From the NCBI GenBank assembly GCA_040879765.1, contig JBBDJQ010000001.1, positions 271,747-335,746 of the forward strand: a stretch of DNA of 64,000 nucleotides. Reading direction: 5' to 3'. Both the position numbers and the translations under genes were made by a program. The stretch's first letter is position 1; every line of letters begins with the position of its first letter. This document shows, piece after piece, positions 40,106 through 49,023 of the stretch. The notes beneath the pieces were generated by a model. That model searched no databases, had not been told where the DNA came from, and saw only the letters and a program-made list of their open reading frames with translations. This DNA is from Candidatus Pacearchaeota archaeon (GTDB lineage: Archaea > Nanobdellota > Nanobdellia > Pacearchaeales > GW2011-AR1).

Positions 40106-41635
40106 ATGGACAAAAAAAGAATAATAGAATCTCTAAGTGCGAATGAAGTAAAAATTTTGCCTTTTTTAGAAGAAGGAAGTTTGGATAAAATTTCTGAGGT
40201 TTCTGGATTGGATAAAATTTCTGTAAGCAGAGCTTTGGAATATCTTGAAAATAAGAAAATTGTTTCGGTGATCTCCGAGAAGAAAAAGATAATAGACCTT
40301 GGTGTTAATGGGATTTTGTATAAACGTAGGGGGCTGCCTGAAAGGAAAATAATGGAACTTCTTAAAGATAAGAAAGCAATCTCTATGAAAGATGCTAAAA
40401 AGAAATCTTCTTTATCTGATGAAGAATTTAAGGCTTCTATTGGAATTTTGAAAAGAAAAGATATGATTGATTTGAAAAATGAAAATATACTCTTAAATTG
40501 TAATGGGGAAAAAATTTCTAAGAAATCATTGGAAGAAATTTTCATAGAAACTTTACCCATGGAAGAAAGTAATTTTAGCGAAGAACAAAAAATAATTTTA
40601 AAAGATTTGGTTAAAAGAAAAGAAATAATCAAAATTTCTGAAGAAAAAAGTACTTTTGTTGAAGTCACTAAGTTTGGAAAATCTTTTACTGATTTAAAAT
40701 TGAAAACTGATTTTATAGAACAGATAACTCCAGAAATTTTGAAAAAGGATTCTAATTGGAAGGGGAAAAAATTTAGGAGGTATGATGTTGATGCAAGAGT
40801 TCCTAAAGTTTTCGGAGGAAAGAGGCATTTTGTTCTTCAGGCTGGAGATTATGCTAGGGGAATTTGGAGGGATATGGGCTTTGAAGAAATGTCTGGAGAT
40901 ATGGTTGTAAGCTCTTTATGGAATTTTGACTCTTTGTTTACCCCCCAAGATCATCCAGTTAGAGAAATGCAAGACACTTTCTTTCTTTATGGAAATTTGA
41001 GAAAAGATGATTTTCCTGATAAGAAATTAGTTGAGTCTATAAAAAATGCTCATGAAGGAAAGATAAAATCTCTTGGTTCGAAAGGCTGGAATTATTCTTG
41101 GAGTGAGGATAAAGCTAGAAAACTTGTTTTGAGAACTCATACAACTATCCTTTCTGCACAAACTTTAGCAAAATTAAAGGATACTAAGAATTTACCAAGG
41201 AAATTTTTTGCATTGGGGAAATGTTTTAGAAATGAAACTCTTGATTGGAGTCATGGGTTTGAATTTAATCAAACAGAAGGAATTGTTATTGATAGGGGCG
41301 CAAATTTTAGGCATCTTTTGGGTTATTTGAAGCAATTTTTCCATAAGATGGGATTTGAAAAACTTAGATTCAGGCCCGCGTATTTTCCATATACTGAACC
41401 AAGTGTGGAAATAGATGTTTACCATGAGGAAAAGAAAACTTGGTTGGAACTTGGAGGGGCGGGAATTTTCCGTCCTGAGGTCGTGGTTCCATTACTTGGG
41501 GAGAACATCCCTGTTTTGGCTTGGGGTCCTGGATTTGATAGGACCATAATGGATTATTATGAAATCAAAGATTTGAGGGAATTATACAAGAACGATGTAA
41601 ATAAATTACGGAATATGAAATCCTGGATGAAGTAA
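40106..41635 (+). CDS. pheS: Phenylalanyl-tRNA synthetase alpha subunit, archaeal type
   Basis: N-terminal winged-helix repeats and the class II core with motif 3 FRPAYFPYTEPSVEIDV. Confidence 0.9.
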   Translation: MDKKRIIESLSANEVKILPFLEEGSLDKISEVSGLDKISVSRALEYLENKKIVSVISEKKKIIDLGVNGILYKRRGLPERKIMELLKDKKAISMKDAKKKSSLSDEEFKASIGILKRKDMIDLKNENILLNCNGEKISKKSLEEIFIETLPMEESNFSEEQKIILKDLVKRKEIIKISEEKSTFVEVTKFGKSFTDLKLKTDFIEQITPEILKKDSNWKGKKFRRYDVDARVPKVFGGKRHFVLQAGDYARGIWRDMGFEEMSGDMVVSSLWNFDSLFTPQDHPVREMQDTFFLYGNLRKDDFPDKKLVESIKNAHEGKIKSLGSKGWNYSWSEDKARKLVLRTHTTILSAQTLAKLKDTKNLPRKFFALGKCFRNETLDWSHGFEFNQTEGIVIDRGANFRHLLGYLKQFFHKMGFEKLRFRPAYFPYTEPSVEIDVYHEEKKTWLELGGAGIFRPEVVVPLLGENIPVLAWGPGFDRTIMDYYEIKDLRELYKNDVNKLRNMKSWMK

Positions 41636-41636
41636 A

Positions 41637-42011
41637 ATGGGAATGAAAGAAATATTATTAATATGTAATGAAGGAAAAACGAGAAGTAAATATTTAGCAG
41701 GATGCCTTAAGAAAAAAGAAGATCCTACAAGGATGGGTGGCGCAAGCAAAAGTGCAAAAGTAAAACTAATCCAGAATAAAATTGATTGGACCGACAGGAT
41801 TGTTGTGACAGATGGATCTGTATTAAAAAAACTTAGAGATAGATACAATTTACCAAAAAAAGAGGGGATAAAAATTAACGTATCAGATAACTTTCAATAT
41901 TATCCAAAAGCAAAAGAAATATTAGATAAATATGCAAAATTGAGAAAGAAATTTTTGGAAAAACACGTTCATCCAAATTTAAGAAAACAAATTAATAAAA
42001 AATTGAATTAA
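41637..42011 (+). CDS. Small basic protein encoded between pheS and pheT
   Basis: ORF packed with 1-nt spacers between the two PheRS subunit genes. Confidence 0.4.
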   Translation: MGMKEILLICNEGKTRSKYLAGCLKKKEDPTRMGGASKSAKVKLIQNKIDWTDRIVVTDGSVLKKLRDRYNLPKKEGIKINVSDNFQYYPKAKEILDKYAKLRKKFLEKHVHPNLRKQINKKLN

Positions 42012-42012
42012 C

Positions 42013-43680
42013 ATGGCGATAGTAACTTTTGATAAAAAAACTTTTGAAAAAGAAATAGGGAAGTTCGATGAAAAGATGGAAAATAAGATTTCTATGTTTG
42101 GGACTCCTGTGGAGTCAGAAGACTCTAAGGAAATTCAAATAGAAGTTTTTCCAAATCGTCCAGACCTATTATCCTATCATGGATTTAAGAGGAGTTTTCT
42201 TTCTTTCTTAGGAAAATCTCCAGGTATGAAAAACTATTCAATGAAGAAACCAAAATCTAACTTCAAAGTTATTGTGGATTCTTCTGTAAAAAATGTAAGG
42301 CCTTATACTTCTTGTGCAATTGTTAAAGGATTAAAATTGAATGACAATAAAATAAAAGAGATAATTGAAGTTCAGGAAAAGCTTCATTTGACTGTTGGAA
42401 GGAAAAGAAAGAAACTTGCTATTGGGATTTATCCTTTGGATAAAATTAAACTCCCAATAACTTTCAAAGCCATAAATCAGAAGGAAATAAATTTTGTTCC
42501 TATGGGTTCCACTGAAAGTATGAGGGGAGATGAAATTATAAGGAAACATCCAACCGGAAAAGAATATGCTCATTTGCTTAAAGGAATGGATAAGTTTCCA
42601 TTGTTTGTAGATGCTGAAAATAATGTTTTAAGTATGCCCCCAATAATAAATTCGGAATTTGCTGGAAAGATTACTGAAAAAACAAAAGATGTTTTTGTCG
42701 AATGTTCTGGTTTTGATGCGGGGCTTTTGAAAAAATGTATGATAATTCTTTCAACTATGCTGGCAGATATGGGCGGAAAGATTTATCAGATGGAAATAAA
42801 ATCCTCTAATTTTAAGAAAGAAATTTCTCCTGATTTTAAATCGAGCGAAATGAAGATTTCAATAAATAATGTTAGTAAGTTAATAGGTTTGGAGTTTGAT
42901 GAATCGAAAGTGAAAACCCTTTTAGAAAAAATGGGTTATAATTATAAGAAGAATTCAAATTCTGTTGAAATTCCAAGCTGGAGAACAGATATTTTGCATG
43001 AAGTTGATTTAATTGAAGACATTGCAATTGCTTATGGTTATGAGAACCTTGTTCCAGAAATTCCAAGCATCTCTACAATTGGTTCTGAAAATCCTAAGGA
43101 AACTATGAAAAGGAAAATTTCTGAAATTTTTTCAGGTTTGGGATTTTTAGAAGTTTTGAATTATCATTTGACAAATAAAGAGAATCAATTGAAGAAGATG
43201 GGGGAGTTCAAAAAAAAACTTATGGAAATAAAAGGATCTAAGTCAGAATATAATTTGCTTAGACGTGATTTGAGTCATTATCTTTTGAAGAATTTTTCAG
43301 AGAATAGTGATTCTGAATATCCTCAAAAATTATTTGAAATTGGAAGGGTTTTTGATTTAGAAGTAGATAATGTGGTTGAGGGAGAAAATCTTTCTTTTGG
43401 CGTTTCAGCTGGGGGATTTACTGAAGTAAAGCAAACTTTAGAATATTTGTTTAAAATGATTAATTTGAATTTTAAACTTGAAGAACCTAAAGAAACCGAA
43501 GAAGTTCCAAAATATTTGGTTAGAGGGAGAATTGCTTCTGTTGTTTTAGATGGAAAGAGTCTTGGATATTTTGGAGAAGTCCACCCAAGAATTTTAAGAA
43601 ATTGGAAAATTAAGATGCCAGTGGCAATCTGTGAGATTTCTTTGAAAGAAGTTTTTGAGAAATTAAACCAGATATCTTAA
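42013..43680 (+). CDS. pheT: Phenylalanyl-tRNA synthetase beta subunit, archaeal type
   Basis: B3/4 and B5 domain-like regions; its length and its position beside pheS support the call. Confidence 0.85.
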   Translation: MAIVTFDKKTFEKEIGKFDEKMENKISMFGTPVESEDSKEIQIEVFPNRPDLLSYHGFKRSFLSFLGKSPGMKNYSMKKPKSNFKVIVDSSVKNVRPYTSCAIVKGLKLNDNKIKEIIEVQEKLHLTVGRKRKKLAIGIYPLDKIKLPITFKAINQKEINFVPMGSTESMRGDEIIRKHPTGKEYAHLLKGMDKFPLFVDAENNVLSMPPIINSEFAGKITEKTKDVFVECSGFDAGLLKKCMIILSTMLADMGGKIYQMEIKSSNFKKEISPDFKSSEMKISINNVSKLIGLEFDESKVKTLLEKMGYNYKKNSNSVEIPSWRTDILHEVDLIEDIAIAYGYENLVPEIPSISTIGSENPKETMKRKISEIFSGLGFLEVLNYHLTNKENQLKKMGEFKKKLMEIKGSKSEYNLLRRDLSHYLLKNFSENSDSEYPQKLFEIGRVFDLEVDNVVEGENLSFGVSAGGFTEVKQTLEYLFKMINLNFKLEEPKETEEVPKYLVRGRIASVVLDGKSLGYFGEVHPRILRNWKIKMPVAICEISLKEVFEKLNQIS

Positions 43681-43914
43681 GGTTTCTTCAACTCCAACTA
43701 TTACAGGTAAGGAAGGTATGGCTCTTTGATAAGTATGAACAATCATATCGTAAGCAAGAACTTTCCACTGCGTTCTTGGAGTTGGCAAAGGTTCTTCGCC
43801 TTCCATGTCAAATATTTCAATCATGTGGGTTAATGAACCAAGTTTTGGAATAAAATGGTTTGGGTTGTATAAATCCGAAAATTCAATATCTTTTACTATT
43901 TCTTTTTTTGCCAA
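43663..43914 (-). CDS. Hypothetical small protein
   Basis: ORF only. Confidence 0.3.
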   Translation of the reverse strand: MAKKEIVKDIEFSDLYNPNHFIPKLGSLTHMIEIFDMEGEEPLPTPRTQWKVLAYDMIVHTYQRAIPSLPVIVGVEETLRYLV

Positions 43915-43916
43915 CT

Positions 43917-44405
43917 TTAACCAAAATACCCCTTTTCTTTTTCTTCTAGTTTTCTATCCAATCCTTTTTCCGCATTTTCAATAGAACTAAAGATTTGATT
44001 TTTTATCCCTTGCCAAAAATTATATGATTCTTTTATGAATTTGGCTTCTTTTTCTTCGGAATATACAAAGTCTAATTTGAATAGCTCAATTTCTTTTTTT
44101 GCTAAATTTTTGTAAATTTCTCCAAAAGATCTTTTATCTTCTGGACTCATAGCTTTGGATAATGATATTATAAAAACTGGGGCATTGACAGGATTCAAAA
44201 GAGTTTCAATAAATCTCAAAGTATTGTATAACCGGTCTGCGATAAACTTCCTTATTTCCCTTATAAGAAAATCAGTTTCATTCTCACATATTTTTTCTAT
44301 TTGGAAGTCTTCATTAAGTTGTTCAAAAGTAGGCAACTCGTATTTTTTTTGAAAAGAAGAACATCTTTTTTTAAGTTCGTTTAAAGTTAATTCAGTATTT
44401 GACAT
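43917..44405 (-). CDS. Hypothetical protein
   Basis: ORF only. Confidence 0.35.
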   Translation of the reverse strand: MSNTELTLNELKKRCSSFQKKYELPTFEQLNEDFQIEKICENETDFLIREIRKFIADRLYNTLRFIETLLNPVNAPVFIISLSKAMSPEDKRSFGEIYKNLAKKEIELFKLDFVYSEEKEAKFIKESYNFWQGIKNQIFSSIENAEKGLDRKLEEKEKGYFG

Positions 44406-44618
44406 AGTTAAGAATTGAAGTTAGAGTTTTATAAAATTAACTGGTTGCTTATTGTCGCTTTCAAAAGAACTTTAGTAACAAGCATATCCAATTAATACTT
44501 CTAGAATATTAGTGGAAGAAAAAGCCGAAGCAATTTCTTCCGGTGCCTAACCGAAGTTAGACAGATTTCATAGGAAATTTGATTATTTAAAGTTTTCGGT
44601 GGTGGTTTAAATGAGATA

Positions 44619-44741
44619 AGCCTGTGCTGAGAATCGAACTCAGGACCTCGACATGTTTGGATTGTTTCAATCGAAACACTCGGAAAATCAAAGATTTTCA
44701 AGTTACCAATGTCGCGCTCTAACCAGCTGAGCTACACAGGC
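44619..44741 (-). tRNA. tRNA-Thr (GGT) with a ~49-nt intron after position 37
   Basis: Reverse complement: acceptor GCCTGTG/CACAGGC, D-arm GCTC-AGCTGGTTA-GAGC, anticodon stem CGACA/TGTCG enclosing TTGGTA plus a 49-nt insert, and T-arm CTGAG-TTCGATT-CTCAG. Confidence 0.55.
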
Positions 44742-44767
44742 GTAGCTATTCCGTTCGCTTTGCTCAC

Positions 44768-44775
44768 TATAAAAG
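44768..44775 (-). promoter_or_regulatory. TATA-box-like element (TTTTATA on the minus strand) about 27 nt upstream of tRNA-Thr
   Basis: Its position and sequence fit an archaeal promoter. Confidence 0.35.
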
Positions 44776-44835
44776 TATCTCCTATCACGAAGGAATAATC
44801 AGATAAAAAAGAACGCGTTTAAAAAACCTTTAGAA

Positions 44836-45108
44836 TTATTTCTTTTTGAAAACTTTAGCGAACCAGAAAACTAAATAGGCAATAATCAGTGCTAAAACAA
44901 TAAATCCCGTTATAACTGCAGTCATGGAAAACACGTCTGCTAGAAATTCATTTCCAGTAACCTGATATAGTCCTGTTGAAATTAAAAATAATCCTAAGAA
45001 AATTGCAAAATATTTGAACACACGATTCATTTTATTTTGTGTAGATCTTGAAACTGGCTTCTTTGAAGTTTTTCTTGAAGCAACTTTTCCCACCTTTCTT
45101 TTTGCCAT
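44836..45108 (-). CDS. Small membrane protein
   Basis: Two TM helices. Confidence 0.3.
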   Translation of the reverse strand: MAKRKVGKVASRKTSKKPVSRSTQNKMNRVFKYFAIFLGLFLISTGLYQVTGNEFLADVFSMTAVITGFIVLALIIAYLVFWFAKVFKKK

Positions 45109-45144
45109 GCTTTATTAAATGAAAAAACCTTTTTAAATATTATG

Positions 45145-45462
45145 TTAGGTTGATGTGTGATTTCCAAACCAATCAAGCGAAATTGCCTGCGTCGTAATTG
45201 CTTTTAGGTTTGAGAAAAATCCCCCAATCCATGAAGCATATAACTTAGTTGCTTCAACTATTCCTCCAATGGTTGTTAAATCTACATTGTTATTTTGTCC
45301 AATAGTTGCCATTCCAGCATAACCTACAATAACTAAAACTATCAATCCTATTGCAATTAACTTGTGCTGGAATCTTTTCATCTCTATAACAAACCAGATC
45401 CCTAATGAGATCATTGTTAGAACAAAGATGCTTGTCCAAGAGAAAATTCCTTCCATTGCCAT
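45145..45462 (-). CDS. Small membrane protein
   Basis: TM helices. Confidence 0.3.
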   Translation of the reverse strand: MAMEGIFSWTSIFVLTMISLGIWFVIEMKRFQHKLIAIGLIVLVIVGYAGMATIGQNNNVDLTTIGGIVEATKLYASWIGGFFSNLKAITTQAISLDWFGNHTST

Positions 45463-45538
45463 AATTTATAATACTAATGAAAGTATAAAAGTTTTTGTAT
45501 CCGTTAAGGTTTTAAATTCTCAATTGTAAAGAATTTAA

Positions 45539-45611
45539 AGCCCTGTAGTACAGTGGTCAAGTATGACTGGTTCTGGGCCAGTTGACCCAGGTTCGAATCC
45601 TGGCAGGGCTA
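45539..45611 (+). tRNA. tRNA-Gln (CTG)
   Basis: Acceptor AGCCCTG/CAGGGCT, D-arm GTAC..GTAT, anticodon stem ACTGG/CCAGT with loop TTCTGGG, T-arm CCAGG-TTCGAAT-CCTGG, discriminator A. Confidence 0.7.
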
Positions 45612-45682
45612 TGCTCTGACAGCAAACCCGAAAGGAGGTTGACTGTCAAGGAACCTTGGTTCCTTACACCTGGCAGGGCTAT
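45599..45682 (+). repeat. 14-nt direct repeat CCTGGCAGGGCTAT, present at the tRNA-Gln 3' end (45599-45612) and again at 45669-45682, flanking a 56-nt structured spacer
   Basis: Exact duplicate read directly in the sequence. The spacer contains a perfect 8+8 palindrome AAGGAACCTTGGTTCCTT and the inverted repeat TGACAG/CTGTCA. Confidence 0.8.
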
Positions 45683-46067
45683 TTAAGACTGGTAAAATTT
45701 CTAACAAGTTTTCCTCATATGTAATTATGACCCTTTAAAGAAATGCAAGAATAAATACAAATTGATTCGTAATTTTTAATCAAACTATTTATTTTTTCAG
45801 CCTCATTATTATTTATAAAAGTATAGCATCTAAAATGGCATTTCTAACAGACATCAACACAATCACTTTTTGTTTTGCAATAATTTGTATTATCAATTTC
45901 AAACTTGATTAAATTCTTCCCAGTATAAACAAATAAAAATATTAAAACTAAGATTATAAATAACTTCAGCCTAATTAATACAAGAGTTAATCTTTTACCT
46001 GCTTTTATATTTTATTTATAAGATTTATTTTTATATACTTTTTTATGAAAAAAATTTATAAGCACCA

Positions 46068-46466
46068 GTGACAATCAATAATATGTTAAACTTGGAAAAA
46101 TATGCAAAACCTATACTAAGAATTGGAATGAGTTTGGTTTTTCTTTATTTTGGAATTAGTCAATTAATTTCTCCTGGGCAATGGGTAGGTTTTGTCCCAA
46201 ATTATGCATTGGTTTTTGGAATCGCTACAGAACAAATCGTCTTGATGAATGCTCTTCTTGAAATAAGTTTTGGAACTTTGCTGATTATCGGACTTTATAC
46301 TAAAGTTGCATCAATTATACTTGCCCTGCATCTTGTTGGGATAACTTTTTCATTGGGAATAAATGATTTAGGAGTCAGAGATTTTGGATTGACAGTTGCA
46401 ACTTTTGTAACATTCATAAATGGTCCTGACCAGTTCTGTCTTGACAATAAATTTAAGAAAAGATAA
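46068..46466 (+). CDS. DoxX-like membrane protein
   Basis: PILRIGMSLVFLYFGISQL N-terminal motif and four TM segments. Confidence 0.45.
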   Translation: MTINNMLNLEKYAKPILRIGMSLVFLYFGISQLISPGQWVGFVPNYALVFGIATEQIVLMNALLEISFGTLLIIGLYTKVASIILALHLVGITFSLGINDLGVRDFGLTVATFVTFINGPDQFCLDNKFKKR

Positions 46467-46497
46467 AATTTATAAAAGAATTATTTTTTAATAAATT

Positions 46498-46905
46498 ATG
46501 AATAAATTAGTTTTAGGGGTTGTTGTTTTGCTTGTTGTTGCATTAGGGGGATTTTTTCTATATCTAAATTCAAATCCAAACTCTTCTGGAAGTGTAGTGG
46601 ATGAAGTTAATGGAGATGTAAAAACTTTTGTTTTGGAAGGTGAAAATTTTAGATATGTGATGGATGGAGTTGATAACCCTGAAATTAGAGTTAACCAAGG
46701 TGACATTGTCAGAATTGAATTTACAAGTGTTGGAGGTTTCCATGATTGGGTTGTTAATGAGTTTGATGCCAGCACAGAAAGAGTAAACGAGGGTGGTTTA
46801 GCAATGGTGGAATTTATTGCAGATAAAAAAGGAGAATTCGAATATTATTGCAGTGTTGGAAGCCATAGGGAATTTGGAATGTTTGGAAAATTCATAGTTG
46901 AATAA
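46498..46905 (+). CDS. Cupredoxin (plastocyanin/amicyanin-like blue copper protein)
   Basis: Signal/TM N-terminus; type-1 copper ligands H...YYCSVGSHREFGMFG (C-x-x-H-x4-M). Confidence 0.6.
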   Translation: MNKLVLGVVVLLVVALGGFFLYLNSNPNSSGSVVDEVNGDVKTFVLEGENFRYVMDGVDNPEIRVNQGDIVRIEFTSVGGFHDWVVNEFDASTERVNEGGLAMVEFIADKKGEFEYYCSVGSHREFGMFGKFIVE

Positions 46906-47368
46906 AATGAAAACTTGGCTAATTTCTTTGATAGTTGTTGGAATCCTTGGAGTTGTTTTATTTTCTATATTTTCATTTTCTCAAGATTCTGAAGAAATAG
47001 ATAATCTAAATGTTGGAAATGAAGTTGAAGATTCATTAGAAGATTCGGATGTCACTCTTGATGATGTAGATAATACTGATACAGTAGAAGGAATAGTTGA
47101 AAAAAGTTCAGAGCCTCAAACATTTACTATAGAGATAATGAATTTTGATTATTCTAATAATGAGCTTGCAATAAATTTAGGAGATGCTGTTATCTGGACA
47201 AATCAAGATTCTATTGGTCACACAGTTACTTCTGATTCTGGAGGTAAGATCAATTCTAGTTTGTTAAGTAAGGGAGAAACATATTCTAAAACATTTAATG
47301 AGGTTGGAAGCTTTTCATATCATTGCGCTCCACATCCTTATATGAAAGGGACAATTGTTGTCGAGTAA
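46898..47368 (+). CDS. Cupredoxin (blue copper protein), second copy
   Basis: YHCAPHPYMKGTIVV (C-x-x-H-x-x-M); the start overlaps the previous gene by 8 nt. Confidence 0.6.
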   Translation: MNKMKTWLISLIVVGILGVVLFSIFSFSQDSEEIDNLNVGNEVEDSLEDSDVTLDDVDNTDTVEGIVEKSSEPQTFTIEIMNFDYSNNELAINLGDAVIWTNQDSIGHTVTSDSGGKINSSLLSKGETYSKTFNEVGSFSYHCAPHPYMKGTIVVE

Positions 47369-47409
47369 TCTAGCAAATCTTTTAAAGAAATACAATTTTA
47401 TATCTATGC

Positions 47410-47604
47410 GCCCCGATAGTTCAGAGGCCAAGAATGCCGCCCTCTCAAAACTCCGAAAGTCAATTTGATATTCTAATAAAATAACTGGAGGAGAAAAAAG
47501 AGGAGTGACTTTGACTCGATGAGAGAAGATTAAGTCTAGCATCTAAATGCAGCTTGCTCTTTTGGAGAACGGCGGTGACCCGAGTTCGAATCTCGGTCGG
47601 GGCG
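47410..47604 (+). tRNA. tRNA-Glu (CTC) interrupted by a ~122-nt intron (47448-47569)
   Basis: Exon 1: GCCCCGA-TA-GTTC-AGAGGCCAA-GAAT-G-CCGCC-CTCTCA. Exon 2: C-GGCGG-TGAC-CCGAG-TTCGAAT-CTCGG-TCGGGGC-G. The acceptor and anticodon stems pair perfectly once the insert is removed. Confidence 0.6.
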
Positions 47605-47663
47605 TTGGACATTTATGTCCCAAAAATACAAAGGTTTTTATAGTTCTACGACGATAGTTTTGT

Positions 47664-47915
47664 ATGCCGAAAGATAATGATAAACTAAAAGAAATTGTTG
47701 GAGGAACGTTTAAGAGAGTTGTTTCTGATTTGATAGTTGGAATATTATTCTATGCCTTTATGCCAATTCATTGGATTTTTGTAGTTATGTTTATTTTATT
47801 CATTGGGGGAAATATTTATACAATAATTTATTCTGCAATTGAATTAAATGACTTTAAGCCATTGATCTATTTCTTAATGACAAATTGGGTAGGAGGTTCA
47901 GATGGCGAACAATAA
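47664..47915 (+). CDS. Small membrane protein
   Basis: Two TM helices; overlaps the int start. Confidence 0.3.
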   Translation: MPKDNDKLKEIVGGTFKRVVSDLIVGILFYAFMPIHWIFVVMFILFIGGNIYTIIYSAIELNDFKPLIYFLMTNWVGGSDGEQ

Positions 47916-49011
47916 GATTGAAGTGCATAATCGTAATGTTGAAGTAAGAATAAAGGCTACAAAAGATTGGAATATTTCAGATGAAGATAAAAAAGATTTC
48001 TATAAATTTTTAGATGATTTGGGTTTGGGCAAAGTTAACAGAGGTTTTAAGATTTCAAGAAGTAGACAGTTAAAATATTTGGATTTGTTAAGAACGCCTC
48101 TTGAATTTTGGAATAAGCCAACTTCTAAATTAACCCTTAAAGATGTTGAGAAATTTGAGAAAGCTTTGAGTAGCGATGAAATAAGATCTAAGATAAAGGG
48201 TGTTTACGCAAATGAAACAAAGAGGGATATTAAATTAGCACTAAGAATTTATTTGAAATGGAAATTGGGAGTTGCCAAAGCTTCTGAATTAGCTGGATGG
48301 TTAGACACGAGAAGAGTCGCAAGAACACCCGATTACATTAAAGAAGTTGATGTTGAGAAGTTGTATAAGGCTTGTAAGTCTGCCTCTGAGAGGTTCTTAA
48401 TCGCCGTTCTTTTCGACTCTGGTGCAAGAATAGAAGAATTTCTTAATATTAGATATGAAGACTTAGAATTGCCAAGAGAAGGCGAAGAATTTGTTAAACT
48501 TACATTAAAAGAAGAATATTCTAAGACTAAGGGGAGAACGATAAGACTTTATTGGAAATACAGTTTAGAAGCAGTAAAAGATTTTCAAAAAGAAAGAGAA
48601 CAGGAGGGAATAAAAGCGAATGAACAAATGTATCCCAAAGCTTACGACCCTACAAGAAAATTTTTACAAAGATTGGGACAGAAGATTTTGAATCGCTCAG
48701 TATCACCTCATTTATTTAGACATAGTTCAGCAACTTATTACGCAAATAAGATGAATAGGCAAGAATTATGTTATCGTTATGGATGGGCTTTTAGTTCTCA
48801 TATGCCAGACACATATATTTCAAGATCAGGAATGATGAATAAAGAATTAGATGTTAAGTTTAAGGCAACAGAAATCAACAAAGTCCAATCTGAATTAGAA
48901 AAACAAAGACAAGAGAATAAGATATTAAAAGACCAAATGCAAAGACAATTAGACGAGATTAGAGAGCAATTAGCAGGACAAAGCCTTAAGCAAATAGCCA
49001 AAAAATCATAA
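47902..49011 (+). CDS. int: Tyrosine recombinase / integrase
   Basis: Catalytic region with Arg-I (SGARIEE), HLFRHSSATYYA (H-x-x-R-H box II) and a downstream Tyr (LCYRYGW). Located immediately 3' of a tRNA gene. Confidence 0.85.
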   Translation: MANNKIEVHNRNVEVRIKATKDWNISDEDKKDFYKFLDDLGLGKVNRGFKISRSRQLKYLDLLRTPLEFWNKPTSKLTLKDVEKFEKALSSDEIRSKIKGVYANETKRDIKLALRIYLKWKLGVAKASELAGWLDTRRVARTPDYIKEVDVEKLYKACKSASERFLIAVLFDSGARIEEFLNIRYEDLELPREGEEFVKLTLKEEYSKTKGRTIRLYWKYSLEAVKDFQKEREQEGIKANEQMYPKAYDPTRKFLQRLGQKILNRSVSPHLFRHSSATYYANKMNRQELCYRYGWAFSSHMPDTYISRSGMMNKELDVKFKATEINKVQSELEKQRQENKILKDQMQRQLDEIREQLAGQSLKQIAKKS

Positions 49012-49023
49012 ATCACTTTCATA

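Noticed and set aside
44501-44701. 66-aa minus-strand ORF
   Set aside because: It overlaps the tRNA-Thr gene and its intron, so a structured RNA explains this sequence better.
45700-46067. The ~370-nt AT-rich non-coding gap after tRNA-Gln as a replication origin
   Set aside because: No ORB-like repeated elements or adjacent orc1/cdc6 gene. It is more likely a promoter or spacer region, or the remains of the event that duplicated the tRNA 3' end.
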